64,000 bases of DNA, from the NCBI GenBank assembly GCA_951406725.2, contig OX597820.1:109678001-109742000 (forward strand). The letters run 5' to 3'. The notes below the pieces were generated by a model. That model saw only the letters and a program-made list of their open reading frames with translations, was not told the DNA's origin and ran no database searches. Within the stretch, counting starts at the first letter, position 1. Each line of letters opens with the position of its first letter. The stretch is from Octopus vulgaris. Taxonomy: Eukaryota. A program made the translations under genes and the position numbers. Positions 33,610 to 48,446 of the stretch are shown one piece after another.

Positions 33610-35670
33610 CACTGCTAATGTTAATGTAACACCAGCAATTTTCACAGCCCATAACTTAGTAGAACTAACAAAGTTGTTTAGGATCCATTGCATGTCCTCA
33701 AGAGTATGTGTTACAAGTGCACAATTGTCTACGAAGAGCGAATATTGAACTGTTTGCACCAAAGTTTTAGTTTTTACTTTGAAGCACTGTTGGTTAAACA
33801 AGCCACTACCAGTTCTGTACTCAAACTTTACTCCTTTAACACCCTTGAATACTGTTTCCAATATGATGGAGAAATACAAAGCAAATAAGAACAATGCAAG
33901 AACACAACCTTGTTTTGTCCCATTTGAGGCTGTGAATGAATCAGTCATGTCCCTGCTAAATCTGACAGAAGCCATTATCCCTTGATATAAAGAAATGATG
34001 GCATTGGGCATCTTTTTGAGAACACCTAGCTTTCTAAGGATAAACCCAAGAATATCCATAGATACAGTGTTGAAAGCTTTAGTTAGAACTACAAAAGTGA
34101 CAAAACTGTCCTGGTTGTACTCATGAGCTTTTACCAGCAGCAGCCTCAGACTAAAAATCATATCCACTGTGCCTCTACCAACCCAAAAATCCACAATGCG
34201 ATTCAAACAACACTAAGCTGGCAAGAGCATAAGTTAGTCTGTTTCAGGTAACCCTTCGAAGGATCTTCCTAGCAACACACAAAAGGGAGATACCTCTATG
34301 GTTGTCACATTCACACTTGTTACCTTTGTGCTTATAAAGATGGACAATAGAAGCTTCTCTAAACTCTTGTGGAACTGATCCTGATTCCCAGATTAAGGAG
34401 AAGAGTTCACATAACTTGTTCAGCAGGAGACTGCTACCATGTTTATATATCCTGGCTGGTATGCCATCATTCCCAGATGACTTTCCATTTGTGAGCTGTT
34501 TTATGGCCATTTTTTTTTGTATAACTGACAGGCCTCTATGGTAAGTTGTCAATCAGTTCTTCATCAATGAGTCCATATTCAGAATATTTGAAAAATGCTC
34601 TGCTCAACGCTTCATGATCTCCTTTTTATCTGTCAAAAGATTACCCTAAATTGAAATTATGGGAACTGAGCTACCAGACACAAGTCCAAAAACACCCTTT
34701 CAATTCTGATAGAATAACCTGGAGTTACATCTGTCTGCAGCATCCTACATCTCTTGCACCTTCTTTTGCCACCATATTTGTTTCATTTGCCTTAGTGAGA
34801 TTGGCATGTATTTCTGGCCTTTTTAAACTCATTGCGTTTTGGAGCATTATTTTTATTTGACATCCATTGACAGTAGTACTCTCCAAAAGAGGAGAGATGT
34901 TTGGATCATTTGAGTCGAACCAATCTTGGTGCTTCTTCTTAACATATCCAAGTGTTTCACATTTTCAAAAGCAGCCCATGCTGATTCAATATCTGTGTTG
35001 TCTGAGATGCTAGAAAGTTTGTTGACACAGGTTGTTTGAAATGAGGTGAAATTGTCATTGTTCCTTAGCTTTAACACATTCACTTTTCGAACTGGTCAAG
35101 TGTGATTGAACAGTGGATATTAAAATTCACCTTTGGTTGTATCAGTCTATGGTCAGACCAACACTTCCCAAAGGAGAAAGAATGTGTTACTTGGACATCA
35201 CAATTATGTAATCAATGAGGTGATAATAGTTTGATTGGGGATGCTTCCAAGTAGTTTTGTGGCGGTTGGGGAGTTTGGAAAATAGTGTTGGTAATCAAAA
35301 GTTCATACTCACTGCAAAATGGTAGCGGCAGATGGCCGTTTGAGTTTGCCTTGCTAACCCCATGTTTGCCGATTATGTCACCCCATATGGATGTATCACA
35401 ACCTACACATGCATTGAAATCACCAAGGAGAGGAAGTTTATCATGGATAGAGTCACCTCTCAATTAGCTATGTAGCTCAGAGTAGAACTGCTCTTTGACT
35501 ACTTCATTTGAGTTCATGGTTGGAGCATAGCAATTGAAAATAGTTGCATATTTATTCTTGCCAATGCAGATACGCAATGACATGAGTCATTCACTAATGC
35601 CAACAGGCAGAGATTCAAGATGTTTCACCAGGTCATTCTGAATAGCAAACCCAATACCTGCCTCTTTCTA
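33610..35670 (-). mobile_element. Degenerate RTE (BovB-like) LINE
   Basis: LGDFNACVG, KSSGNDGIP, DNHRGISLL, LTKAF, GTKQGCVLA. Confidence 0.85.
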
Positions 35671-36429
35671 GAAAATATTTTGCATAAATTCTTTGCTAAT
35701 TTTAATCTATCACATTTGAGAACACCTACAGAACAGCTAATTTCCTAGATGTTACTTTTTAGATTAAAAATCTTCACTATATTTCCGTTACCACAAACCT
35801 AATCAATACCTCAGATACATTAGCATAAACTCTAATCATCATAAATCTACATTGAATAGTGTATTCAAAGGCATATCTATACAGATATTGGATCTCTCAG
35901 CTATGCAGGAAATTTTCAATAGCTACACTACATACTATAATCAGGTGCTAGCGGCAAGTGGCTTCTCCCTGCAAACACTAGGCTTAAAAAACTATTATAT
36001 CCTTGTATTAGATATATAATATAACAATGCAATGAGGAAGAAAGTATATACGTGTTGTGTGAGAGTACGACGCCCCCTGGCGAGAATGAACATATAAATA
36101 GTAGCAGTCTAAATAAGTGAGGTAGTTTTGGATGGAAGAAAGAAGCTTGAATGTTGGGTATGTAAGTGCCTAATTAAGCGGAGTTAAGAAACAAAAAAAG
36201 GATGAAACGGTTTAATGCAGGAATGTGGTTGGTGGGGTGAAACCCATTCCGTGTCCATTTTTTTCTCATTTTCATCCGAAATTATAATGTATTTATTCAT
36301 ATATGTAGTATCATTTGATAAGTCCCGTGTATCGTCCCCTCTTTGCTTAACCCTTGTAGTTTTGTAGTGTGATGGAGGAAAAAGACGACAGAAAAAGAAG
36401 CAAAAGGGAGAAAGGAATACAGAGACCTT

Positions 36430-39160
36430 ACCTATTGACATAGATGGGATGAGCAACCACCGTCAAGAAATAAACACGTTCTTGCACACTGCCGTCTCTC
36501 ATTGAACTGCCTGCACATGCTTTTTGCTTACGCATACCCCTGTGGCTCTTCCACCGGCCCCTGCGATCTTCACTTCCATTTGCCTCATCTGAAATCCCCT
36601 CCACCAACACCACATAGCTCATCACAGCCCATAACACCCCACCCCCCGATCTACAGATCATTCAACTGGCTTTCCAACTCATTCCTCACACCTTAACTGG
36701 TTTCATAATCAGCCAACCAGGGAGGAGGGTGCTGCTCCTTCTGTGGTCGCTGTGCAACCCTGGGACTGGCCTGAGTTCCTGGCATGCTGCTGCTGGCTTT
36801 ATCATCTTGCCTACTGTTGCTGTCTTCATCTTCTTGCCCACTGCTGCTGGTTTCATCCTCTGAGGCATGGACAATCTTCCACACATCTAAAACATGATGT
36901 GGCATGCCATCAGCAGAGACATTGTTCTTCAAATTGATGAAGGTTATTGTTCCCTCTCCCCATTGTGATGTACACCGTGCGTTTGGGGGGTTTACCCAAA
37001 CTTCTTCTCCGACCTGCACAAAGACGTACTCTTCCTCTGCCCCGGGTTGTATTGATGCAGTACACAGATGCCTCCTCTCATACCTGAATATTTCCCTGTG
37101 TGACACTGACTCTTCAGCCTGTCCTGACCTGGGCAACATATTGTACTAAAATATGGCCTCGATTGGTGAAATGTGGCCCCTCTCTGCCATGGTTTTGATG
37201 GTACAATGATGCCTTTCCACCACCCCATTTCCACTTGGCCGGTATGCCACCCATCAAGCATTTCTTTCTGCACCTTCAAATGAAATACAATGCCATTATC
37301 CAGAAGCAGCTCATCCATGAGGCCTCGTTCCAGGAATATCTCATTTAATACTTTCACGATTTCCTCTGCGGTCCCCGTCTTCATCTCCCTCCATATGGCC
37401 AACCGCCCCGGTCTGCAGTCAACCATTGAGAGGTATGTCCCCTGCCAGTCATTTCCAGTTGTGGTCCACTGGAATACTTCCCGCCTCATGTACGCCCGGA
37501 GCAGAGTCGATGGACTGGCACCTGTCACAGCTGCTAACCACTCTCTGCACGCTCCATCTTGTTACATCGGAGTCAACTTTCCTGGCTAGGAACAATGTCC
37601 TGTCCACACCCATGTGATGCATGGTATGCAATCTCCTCAACTCCGAGTCACTCAGACGGCATACTGCAGCCACAGCCTGCTCCGCATCCTCTGGCACTTG
37701 CAACCAGGCACGCTTTACCCTGGTTAGGACGTCTACCCAGTTCTTCTCAGAAGGCACAAAGATCATGCTCAGCTTCAGATTGAACTCAGCGGTTAGTTCA
37801 TGTAGTATCCCCAATCAACACTTTACCAACATCTTTGCAGCCCCTTTGGTTCGCACCCTCCGCTTATTGGTGATGACTGCTGTCACCCAACCAAGTACAG
37901 TGGCTGAATTGGTCCTAATTTCTATGGTGCGCAGCCCCTACTTCAAGGCTAGGTTCACTCCCTTCAACACGGCATCCAACTCCATCACATATGGTTGCAG
38001 TCACCTGTCTTCCTGAGCCAGGCTGCATCTTCCACTATGACGCCTCCCACTTCCAAGACAACCCCTATTGCGATGCTACTTGCGTCACACCATACAATCC
38101 TGCTCTTTGATTTGGGAACATACCAACTGCTCCTCACTGGATCCTCTGCTCTCACTCTGACCAAGACTTCCTGTATCATGTCGGTCGTCTTCCCCACTCT
38201 ATCATTCCACTTCGCTCCTTCAGCTTATCTCTCGATGAAGCTACATGCTGTCTGAAGCCATCCTGCAATCGGGTAATCTCCCACCAGCTTCCCACACACC
38301 GAGAACAGTTCCCATCTACTCATGCTGGTGCCCAGTTCGGGGATCTCGTTCCCTCGCCGGAACACCAATACACTGGCCTTGTCTCTCCATAGCTTGAGGC
38401 CCAGTGCAGCGCCTCCCTCCATTGCCTCTGGTGGCTTGGTGATCAGTCCAAAACTCTTCAGGTGGCCTATGACCTCCGTTGCTGGCATTATGGTTTCATC
38501 CACCAGAATGTCATCAATGTACGAATTGGTGGCCCTTTATACTCTGTCCACCTTTCCCAGGATGGTCTTGAGAATTGTTGCCATAATCTTTGGCGCTGCA
38601 TTTAGCCCGAACCCCAGCCTGGTCAGATAGTATATCTGGCCCTTATATCTAACAAGCTGATACTTCCACAGTCTCTCAGCCACAGGCACCTTCAGGTATG
38701 CTGACTTCAAATCGATGATCATGGAGGTTCCTGTCATCTGCCTTCATTCTCGCAATGTACCCCCACAGACGTCTGTGGCCTCATCGTCAGTGTAGCTAAT
38801 CTTCTGAGTTCATTGGCAAATACGTCGACCTGTTTGCCGATCCACTTTGCTTTCCCCAGGTGAGCGTACACTTTGAACATTCATTCTGCAAAGGCCTCCA
38901 TCAAACGGATTTCTATTTTTTCCGCACTAAGTTGGTCCCTCTCTTCCATTTCAAGGTATAGCACCAATACTGAACCATATAGGTACGGTGGTATAAAACT
39001 CATTAAGTCGTTTATACTGTGAAGCTTTGCAACCAACTTCATCTTCAACCAAGTGACTACATCCGTGTCAATGCAAAACGGTTTGACCATATCATTCGAA
39101 ATACGGATTATACTCATCATTCGTTTTTTTTTGTTTTTTTTGTTATGGGCCGAAATGCCA
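36430..39160 (-). mobile_element. Second, more decayed element of the divergent Gypsy-type lineage (gag-RT-RNase H-integrase-3' LTR; internal deletion of protease region)
   Basis: Peptides similar to 13505-17508; purine tract then TGTTATGGGC at 36636; LTR end GCCCATAACA at 39150-39141. Confidence 0.82.
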
Positions 39161-39890
39161 GAACTCTTTTGAAGAAAAAAAAATTCTAATCTGTCATTAG
39201 CATATTATGACCCAAAATGGACATCATTGTAGCACCTGATGCTTCCGAGCATGGATTAAGTGCAGTTCTACTTCATAGATATGAAGACGGAAGTACAAAA
39301 CCAGTGTTTCATGTTTTGCACATCGACCCAAGTATTGATAATAATGGATGGTGATCAATCTGTAAACGAAAACTTCTACTGTGCAAAAATCTGTGAAATT
39401 TTTTCACAGCAAAAATGATTGCTAGAGCCTCTTTTTCAATTTCACTATAATTTTTCTCTGCTGATATCAGAGAACATGAGGCATGAACCACCACCTTCAT
39501 GTTACCATCTTAATATATATGTAGAATTTCTGCTCCTATATCGTATTCAGAAGCGTCTGAAGCTACAACAATCTCCACTGCAGTATTGAAGTGTGATAAC
39601 GACAAATCAGGTATTTTGACAGTTTTCCGACCAATTCCAGTTCATATCTTTTTTGCAGCAGATTATTCAGTGGAACCCTCACCTTATGCATATTTGGAAT
39701 AGAATTTTGAATCCTAAATATGCTTGTCAGGTCACTATATTAGTCAGAGAGGGCATATTTTTAATTGCGCCCGCCTTTAACAGGTCTGGTTGATGTCCAT
39801 TCTGTCAATGATTTGTCCTAAATATCTTATTTTCGGTAAGAAAAATTCACACTTTTCTTCACTCAAAAGTAAAGCCATAATCTACTTTGA
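39161..39890. mobile_element. Mag-like Gypsy RT/RNase H fragments in opposite orientations
   Basis: Plus strand DASEHGLSAVLLH; minus strand EKNYSEIEKEALAIIFAVKKFH. Confidence 0.75.
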
Positions 39891-40218
39891 AATTATCCTA
39901 CTCCTCTCCGCCCAATATAGATTCTATTGTTGCCCCATCTAATAAGTGTAAGCTAAATTCATACTACCTAAATAACGTCTATAGGCAGAGCATTCAAAAT
40001 ATATACAATCATAACATAGGTCAATGCAGCAACAATATTAACATCGACCATGATAGCATATACCACACCTGTAACCCTAGCACTATAACCTGCATAAAGT
40101 AGGATATGCATATCCTTACTTCCGAGAATGGTTGAAGTACGGCTGGAATGAATGTTAATACTAATAGTACTACTATTACTATTGCTGCTGCTGCTGCTAC
40201 TACTACTACTACTACTAC

Positions 40219-40294
<76 letters not shown>

Positions 40295-40297
<3 letters not shown>

Positions 40298-42000
40298 AAA
40301 TAAACATGAAATTTAGCTTAGAAAAATGTACCAATGCAACCTTGAAAAGAGGAAAACTAGTTAAGAGTAGCAACATCACACTAGATAAAGCAAATGAAAT
40401 AAGAGAATTAGGCCAAAGCCAGATATACAAATACTTAGGAATCAATGAACTAAATATGATACAACACACAAAATAGAAGTGAAGATAAGAAAAGAATACT
40501 ACAGATGGGTAAGATTAATACTGAAAACAGAGCTCAACGCAAAAAACAAGATAATAAGTATCAACATTCTAGCCATCCCAGTTATAAGTTATAGCTACAA
40601 TATTCTTAACTGGAGACTAAATTAACTAACCAAAATAGACTGGAAAACAAGAAAGAATGACAGGATCTAGGATGCACCACCCAAAATCTGAAATAGGAAG
40701 GTTATATACACAATGGATTGAAGATGGTAGCAGAACAACTGGAAAACTATTACAAAACAACCAACATTGAACTACAGAAATCCCGACTTCAAAAGCAAGG
40801 AAAACTAATACAAACAGCCACAAAACATGAATAAAACAAAAATCAGTTTTCAGTCTTTAAGGAAGCTGACAGATACTTAACAAGAAGTCATAGTACCTAA
40901 CAACTATGAAGAGAAAGAAGAAACAACGAAAGCTGTAAAACAACTGAAATCCAAACTAAAACTGGAACAGCAACAGATCAATATAAAACAATGGCAAGAA
41001 AAGCCTCTTCAATGGCAAATACTGGGTTAAACTAAACAGAAAGGAAATAGACAAAGCAAAATCTCAACAATGGCTGAGAAGCTCAGGACTCAAAGCAGAA
41101 ACTGAAAGATTTTTAATTGGCGCACAAGACTAAGACCTCCCCACCAGAAATGATCAAAAACATGTAATGAAAAGAAATACAAGTAACTGCAGAATATGTG
41201 GAGATGGAGAAGAAACAGTAAATCATATTGTCTCTGGCTGCCCAGTCTTAGCTAAGAAGGAATATATTTACAGACACAACAGAGTTGGGACATATATATA
41301 CTGGAAGCTATGCCAACACTATGGAATAATAACAGAAAAAAGATGTTATAGGCACACACCAGAAAAGGTCACAGAAAATGAGAAAGCAACCAAAAAAGAA
41401 GGCATGGCTAAGTTTATTCACTGGAGCCTGTGTGAAAAGTAGTCTGGGCACAGTATGGAAATGGTACTAACATGAACCAGAGGATGTCACTGAGAACAAT
41501 GGATATAAGATCCTGTGGGATTTTACAATCCAATGTGATTCCCTAATCAATGCATTGTTGTGGTAGATAAAAGGAAAAGGAAATCAAGACATAGATATTG
41601 CAATAGTTGGGGATGCATGTGTAGATGACAAAGAGTTGGAAAAGGTGGAAAAATACAGACTGCTAAAAGACAAAATTGCAAGAATGTTGGCAATGAGGAG
41701 AGTAACTGTTATCTCACTAGTTGTAGGGGCACTCAAAACACTAACAACCAGGTTCAAGAAACATGTCGGAAAAATTGGAATTGGCATGAGGGCAGAGCAG
41801 GCTGAAAAATCTGCTCTACTGAGGACAGCTACGATTTTGAGATTGGTGCTTGGGTGTTGAGTGTCTTCCTCAATAAGTTAACATTCAGGTACCAAAGTTT
41901 ATAATTTGTGGAAAGAGACCCTGTGAGATCTCTGACAACGGGTTGCTGTCCACTCTCACAAAATCAAGCAGAACAAGTAAGACCAAGAGGTCAGAGAAGT
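40295..42000 (+). mobile_element. Degenerate R4/Dong-type (RLE) LINE 3' fragments, probably chimeric near 41390, between (TAA)n tracts
   Basis: YKYLG, MHHPK, WLRSSGLKAETE, CRIC..ETVNHIVSGC, RHN; flanked by (TAA)n at 40219 and 42003. Confidence 0.82.
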
Positions 42001-45000
42001 AAAATAATAATAATAATAATAATAATAATAATTCTGTAAATAATAATTATACTTATAGCTTATAAGTGATCACCGTGTATTGACTAAAGAAAACAATATA
42101 ATATTGGGACATATAATTCCTCAAGAGAAAAAGTGGGTTTTCCATATGCATGGGACTCGAAACCATACTTCTTATATTTGCAATAAGTGTGCTAAACATT
42201 ACAGCAACATACCTACTCACTTCTTTCTGTTAGATTTAAGAATTATAATTTCATAATGTTTTTTAAACAAACAAATGTGTTTTCTGCGTTAAATGTAGAA
42301 GTGGTGATGAGTGACAATTCTGTAATAATGATAATAATAATAATAATTATAATAAGCAGAAGAAAAAGAAGACCTTAACCTGAGATTCTAAAAAGAGAAA
42401 GAATGATCTGAGCATCGAATGAACTGGATCCCAGAAGATTTTTGATATTGTTCCCTTTTATGTGGGCCCTGGAAACATTAGCCAATATTAAGGTAATGCA
42501 TGACTAACTGATAAACAATACTGCAGGTAACAAACAAAAGAAAGAATTAGAGAAACTAACCCTAAACCAGGTGCCATCTCCTCATGTTTTTGTTGCAACA
42601 CTGCCCCTCTGCTGCATCGGGTTTGTATATTGGAAACTTAAAGAAGCAGCATTTCATGACAACAAAATAGTGTGTGGAGATGCAATGCTAGAAATAGCTA
42701 AACACTTTCAAATCACACCATCCTGGATGTGTTAAAGCTGGTACACTTTTTATTATGAGTCTGCTTGATCAGGACTGATCTGGGGCTATATAACTACAGT
42801 TATATAGTGTCTCAGAGGGGCTTTTACATAATCCTTTGACAACTATCAAATTTTAAAGAAAGAAAGGAAGGACACATTGAACAGTGTAGTCTCTGATATA
42901 GCAGGAAAAGGATGAGATGGTCAATAGCTTGAATATCTGCTTGATTACAGCTTACTAAACAACAACAACGACACCTCTCCTGATGTGTTATTAAAGCTTT
43001 AATCCATGCTATTTATGTTAAAATCCATGTGAAATAGAACATTAATGGAGTGGGGATACTAATGCTGTTGCTGTTATATTTTTCTGTTGCTTTTTATGTT
43101 TATTGTGTCTCTACAGAATTGGTGACTTGATCTGAGATTTGGATATCATCAATGGGTTGATATCCGAGTTTATTTGGTTATACAGGAAAAGCATGATTTG
43201 CATTAATGTTGAGATTGAAAGGGTTATATAAAATTTTGTAAACTTATAAACTGTTATTAAAATATAAAAGCAGTTTTCTGGCATGCATAATGATTATTGG
43301 TAAGAAATAACTAAATGGCTATCCTTATCATTAACAAGATAATGGCTATCCTTATCATTAACAAGATAAACCCATTAAAAGAACATTTCACTGTTTGAAG
43401 AATCCCAAAATGAAACTGGCAGTCAGTGGAATATAACCAATCCATCTAATTCTCGAAATAAATATTTGTTAACACAACACTCAAAACATATGCACGCACA
43501 CACAAATATGTTGTGTGTGTGTGTGTGAGTGTATGTGAGTAATCCAGACAACCTTAACATACACCTCAGACAGAATTAAGGGGACAAGAACAATCCATTG
43601 AATTTACAAATACATAACATGAACACACAGACACCTACATGCACTTGTACACACACAACCACTTTCTCCTTTTCTCTTCATTTTTTTGTTTCTTTCTTTC
43701 TTTCTCCTAAGTTTCTAAACAGCCAATTACTCACTCATCCAATATGTGATTAACAGTGCCCTTCTCCTTCTCTCTCACTTCCTCTCTAACCATTTCACTC
43801 TTAGTTTTGTCATGTGTATTACATTATATTAAACCAAGTTGTCATTTACGAACCAACCTTTGCTGCTGACACAACTTCATCCCTGCTGATGGATTGCTTT
43901 TCTCTTCATTAACATGGAAAAAATAACATTTACAGTCGTGGACAACTAAACACACTGAACATCAATCTCATTTCTCTCTCTCTCTCTCTCTCTTTGTCAC
44001 TGTCTGCCTGTCTGTTTCTCATTCTCTCTCTCTGTCACTGTCTGTCTGTCTGTCTCTCTCTCTCACACATACAAATAGACACATACATATGTATACAAAG
44101 ATACACACGTGCTCTCAGTCAACCTTTTTCTTCTCTCTCTCTTCTCTCTCCCTTCTCTTTCTTCCATGTATACACACATACACACACACACACACATTGG
44201 TATATGTGTATATAGATATATAAAACTAGAGACAGACAAGCAATGTGCAGCCAGATAAAAAAGTTATAAACAAGAGACACATGCAGTTTCATGGACACAA
44301 ATACAATTTTCAATCATCGTATATATTAATAAATCAAAGCTCAGTTGTTGTTTACACTTGGCAGAAATTACTGAGAAAAGATAAAAGAAATTAAAAGAAA
44401 TACCAAATATTACAATCAACAAAAATAATTGAATGTTAAAAAGAAGAAATAAGAATTTAGAATGAAATTCCTTTCTGATAAAACAAACAAACCAAAAGCA
44501 AAAAAACTCCCATCCCTCCCCCTTTCAAGAAAAAAATGAAGACATAATAGATACACACATATACACACACACATATATATATGTACACACACTCACACAC
44601 GCATATCTCAAAGTTTGTTTTTCATATATGATACCTGATATATGATATTGAGGTATATCATACAGTATATCATATATATCATATCACACACACACACGCA
44701 CGCATGCATGTGCACACCCTTATAATTATATGTGTATATGAAAACCTTTTAACAAACACAGCAAATAAAAGACACGATATGATCAATGAATAAAACAGTA
44801 AAAACAAAGGAAACGAAATATAAAAAGCACGAAACAAGTTTCAAACAATAATAATGTCATTTCAGAACCACCAATTTAAAAATAGTAAGTTGCCCCCTCT
44901 ACATTCCTTTCCTTCACCATCTTTGAAATCAGCTTGTCTAGCTCCATTTTCCACAAAATCTCCAGCAGAATCTCATCAACCTGAAGTGGGTATCAAAATG

Positions 45001-45356
45001 GTTGTCAGAGGTAAGATACATTCTTCTTTGATTCTTTTACTAGACTAAACATAGCATTCTTGTATGTAGATGGTTAAAGGCAAAATTTGATCTGGGTTGG
45101 ATTTGATTTGAGAACATCATTATAATCATCATCATCGTCGTCGTCATCGTCATGGTCGTCGTCATCATCATCATCATCATCATCTAGGATTCATTTTTCT
45201 TGTTGGCATTGGGTTAGACAAAACTGGAGAGTTGCACCAGGCTCCAGTTTGATTTGGTTTGGTTTCTACACTGAATGCCTTTCCTAATGCCAACCACTAC
45301 AAGATACCTTTTACACGTCACTGGTACGGGCGCTTTTTTTTTATCCCTTGAAGTAT

Positions 45357-45756
45357 TTGAATATGTCTCTATGCTCTACTGGATGTGCAGTGTCAGTGTG
45401 CATATACAACAGAGTGTGTCTTGAGAGAAAAACTGGGTATAAGAGGTATCAGATGTGTCACCAGCCTGGGTGCCTTTTATGAGTCACAGCACTGGTCACA
45501 GCTACAGCTTCATTTAACTTGACATGTCTACTTAAGCACAGCAAATTGCCAAAATTTTCTGCCATTGCTGCTGTGATATCAGCACTTCTTTATGCAGCTG
45601 TCCTCGTCCATACACATCACATGGCCATACCAGTGCAGTTTTCTGTCTTGCACACTACATCTGATGCCTCTTATACCCAGTTTTTCTCTCAAGACACACT
45701 CTGTTGTATATGCACACTGACACTGCACATCCAGTAGAGCATAGAGACATATTCAA
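45357..45756. repeat. 100-bp inverted duplication within an RTE-like fragment
   Basis: Arms 45357-45456 and 45657-45756 are reverse complements with one mismatch. Confidence 0.88.
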
Positions 45757-46681
45757 GGGATTAAAAAAAAAAGAGGGGTAAAACATTTCTGTGTTTGCTG
45801 CTGAGATTACATTTGCTTTATTGTGTTTATATTGTGGTTTTTATTTAGACCTAGCTCAGCTCCACATAGCCAACCTCTAATTAAATATTACCCTTTTAAA
45901 CGAAAGGGTCCCATGTGACTCATTGGCCTGTATTACTGAGATCAGTTGTTTCCATGTGAAAAAATGTATTGCAATATTATCCAAAGGTAAAAATTTACCT
46001 TCCATTTACATCACACAAGGCAAACTGCTGATAAGCAACAGCCCTGGAATTTTTTGAAGTTAATAAAAACAAGAAAGGAAATGTTCTTGACTTTTGCAGC
46101 TCCTCCTCCCTATCTCCATTACCACTAACAGAGAAGATTGTGGCTGTTTAGTCTCAAATCAATCATAATTGAGTAGACCCTTTTCTTTAATAAGCCTCAC
46201 AGCCTGGTGAGAGGAAGAGATGAAGTGAGCCTCATATTGGACACTTGGTCTTAAGGTACCCAAAGTGATGGATCAAGCCTACAGTTTAAGACCTACAATC
46301 AAAAGTATTCTAATACCTTTTTTTTTAAAGAGTATCTAGGACTACATTATTTAATGAATCCTTCCTTTTCTTTTAAAGATAGGGTGTGATTGTTAATGTG
46401 ATTTGGTTGTTCTTTCTAGCTGTTTGAATGATCACAAAGGTATTCCTTTGTTTTTGATCAGTGAGATCAGTGTGGTTTAGCTTGAGCATACATAGGTCAG
46501 TGTCAAGAGAAAAATGTGCAGTGGGGTAAGATCTGGAAGAGGAAGGGAGGATGAGCAGAAATGTTTAGAATGTAATCTGGCAGGTGTGATGCTATAAGAA
46601 GGATGAGAAGGGAGATGTGGAAGACAAGTTGACCAAAGCACGCATACAGTTAGCTAGTTCAGAGGGTTTAGAAGTCCAATT

Positions 46682-46732
<51 letters not shown>

Positions 46733-47599
46733 AAAAACAGCAATTCTTGTCATCAAGTGTAAAGCCTTTCTTTGGTCTGAGATGTTTATGGGTGGGTCAA
46801 CATGGCAGGTTGCTCACAAGTTTGGTATAACCTATTGTTTGAATGGATCATTGTTAACAAAACTGGCCTGCCCCACCAGGCTTGCTTGGTGAATATGGTT
46901 GCTAAAAAACCAGGACAAAAAGAATACCTGTTGACAGGACCAGTCAACATAGGGTTGACAATTATCTAGCAATTGCATGAAGGTTAAGAAATTCCAGGTT
47001 AAAGTCTGGTGTGTTGTAAGACCACTGGGAGTGAGGCACCATTTACTTTTTGTTAAATCATGTCCCTAGGACACTACTGTGTCTCCAGCTACACTGGGAG
47101 GACAATCTGTGTTTGGCAGTCTTGGAAGGAAACCTGACTAGGAGAAGGATAACTGTAAGAATAAAACTTCAAGTATCTGTGAAAAGGAGAAGGCTAAAGG
47201 AATCAATTCCAACTGTAACTGGTTCCAGAAAAGAATTCATTCATTCCATAGAGAGTATATAGTAAAATGAATGTGTTGTGCCTGAAGCCCTCAAATCCTC
47301 AGTCATGAAGGCAGCAATATTAATTATTTAATTCATTCATTCAGGTCAAAAACGTATCAGAGTAGTTATTGACCTGAAAGAGGAATCTTAGTTTTGTGAT
47401 GTAAGGTTGTCATGAAAAGTCATCTGAAATTGCGAAGCCAGGCATTTGTAGCAAGTCTGTTGGTTAAAGTTGCATGTTGTCCAAAAGTAGAGAGAATGTC
47501 AGACACAGTACTATTTCTCTATTATCGCTGGGTGTTGATTTTAATACCTGAGGGCACAAAAATGAGGAGAGACCTTCCAATGGCTGTCACAGCCATCTA

Positions 47600-48262
47600 A
47601 CCATAACTGATTGTAAATTTTGACGTTAATGTAGGAGTCTACCCTCAACGGAGCCAGATACACTTCAAAGTCAGACATTCTGGTTGTTTAGTGTGTGTTC
47701 AATGTCAAATTTCTTTTCATCAGTGAACACCAGGTTGGGCAGCATGACTTCAGCAATCTGACACAGGATAAGAAAACTTCTCTCCATTCTCATGATCTTA
47801 GAAACTTGCATGAGCTCATGACAACAGATCATTTTCTAGGGGTGGGTCCTGAGATCTACCTTCTACACTAGAAACATCGATGCTCAGCTTATTTTTGTTG
47901 TGGCAGCTAGTTTTCTGACAGAACAATGAGGATTTTGCTGTACCTTTTCTTTGATATTTTTAATAAGCTGAGTGATCTGCACACTTCTTTTTCAGTCACG
48001 TCCAGAGCGATCAGTGGTGGAACCAGTCTCTTGAAACTTCTTGACCATTTCCGAGATTGTTGTTCGGTTAATTTTAAGCTTTTTGCTATAGCTGTATTAC
48101 TTTCACCTCCTTTGAGGAGGGCTATGATTGCACTTCAGTCTATAGCCATTATCTCATTTATAAATCTGAATTTATTTAGTCTGAAACAAAAAGAAGACAC
48201 AGTAAGCTTTTATAATGATTAAAGTCCTAAACTTCAGTTGCCTTAATTTCAGGACACCCTAT
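47600..48262 (-). mobile_element. Tc1/mariner-superfamily remnant (5' part)
   Basis: Minus-strand VKKFQETGSTTDRSGRD HTH-like sequence and VFTDEKKF. Confidence 0.55.
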
Positions 48263-48446
48263 GTATATGTGTGTGTGTTATCCTGAGGATACAGATATCT
48301 CTTAAAAGGGATGCTAACATCCAAGTTTCCCTGGTTTATCCTATAGATCAATGAAATATGCTTGTTTCACTTCTGTATATGTGGGTATATTTCAATATAG
48401 TATATAATAAGAAAAAAATGGAGAGTTTTAACAGATAAACATCAAT

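Noticed and set aside
43090-43200. Acceptor-like CTCTACAG after a pyrimidine tract
   Set aside because: Stops in all frames within about 20 nt and no clear donor
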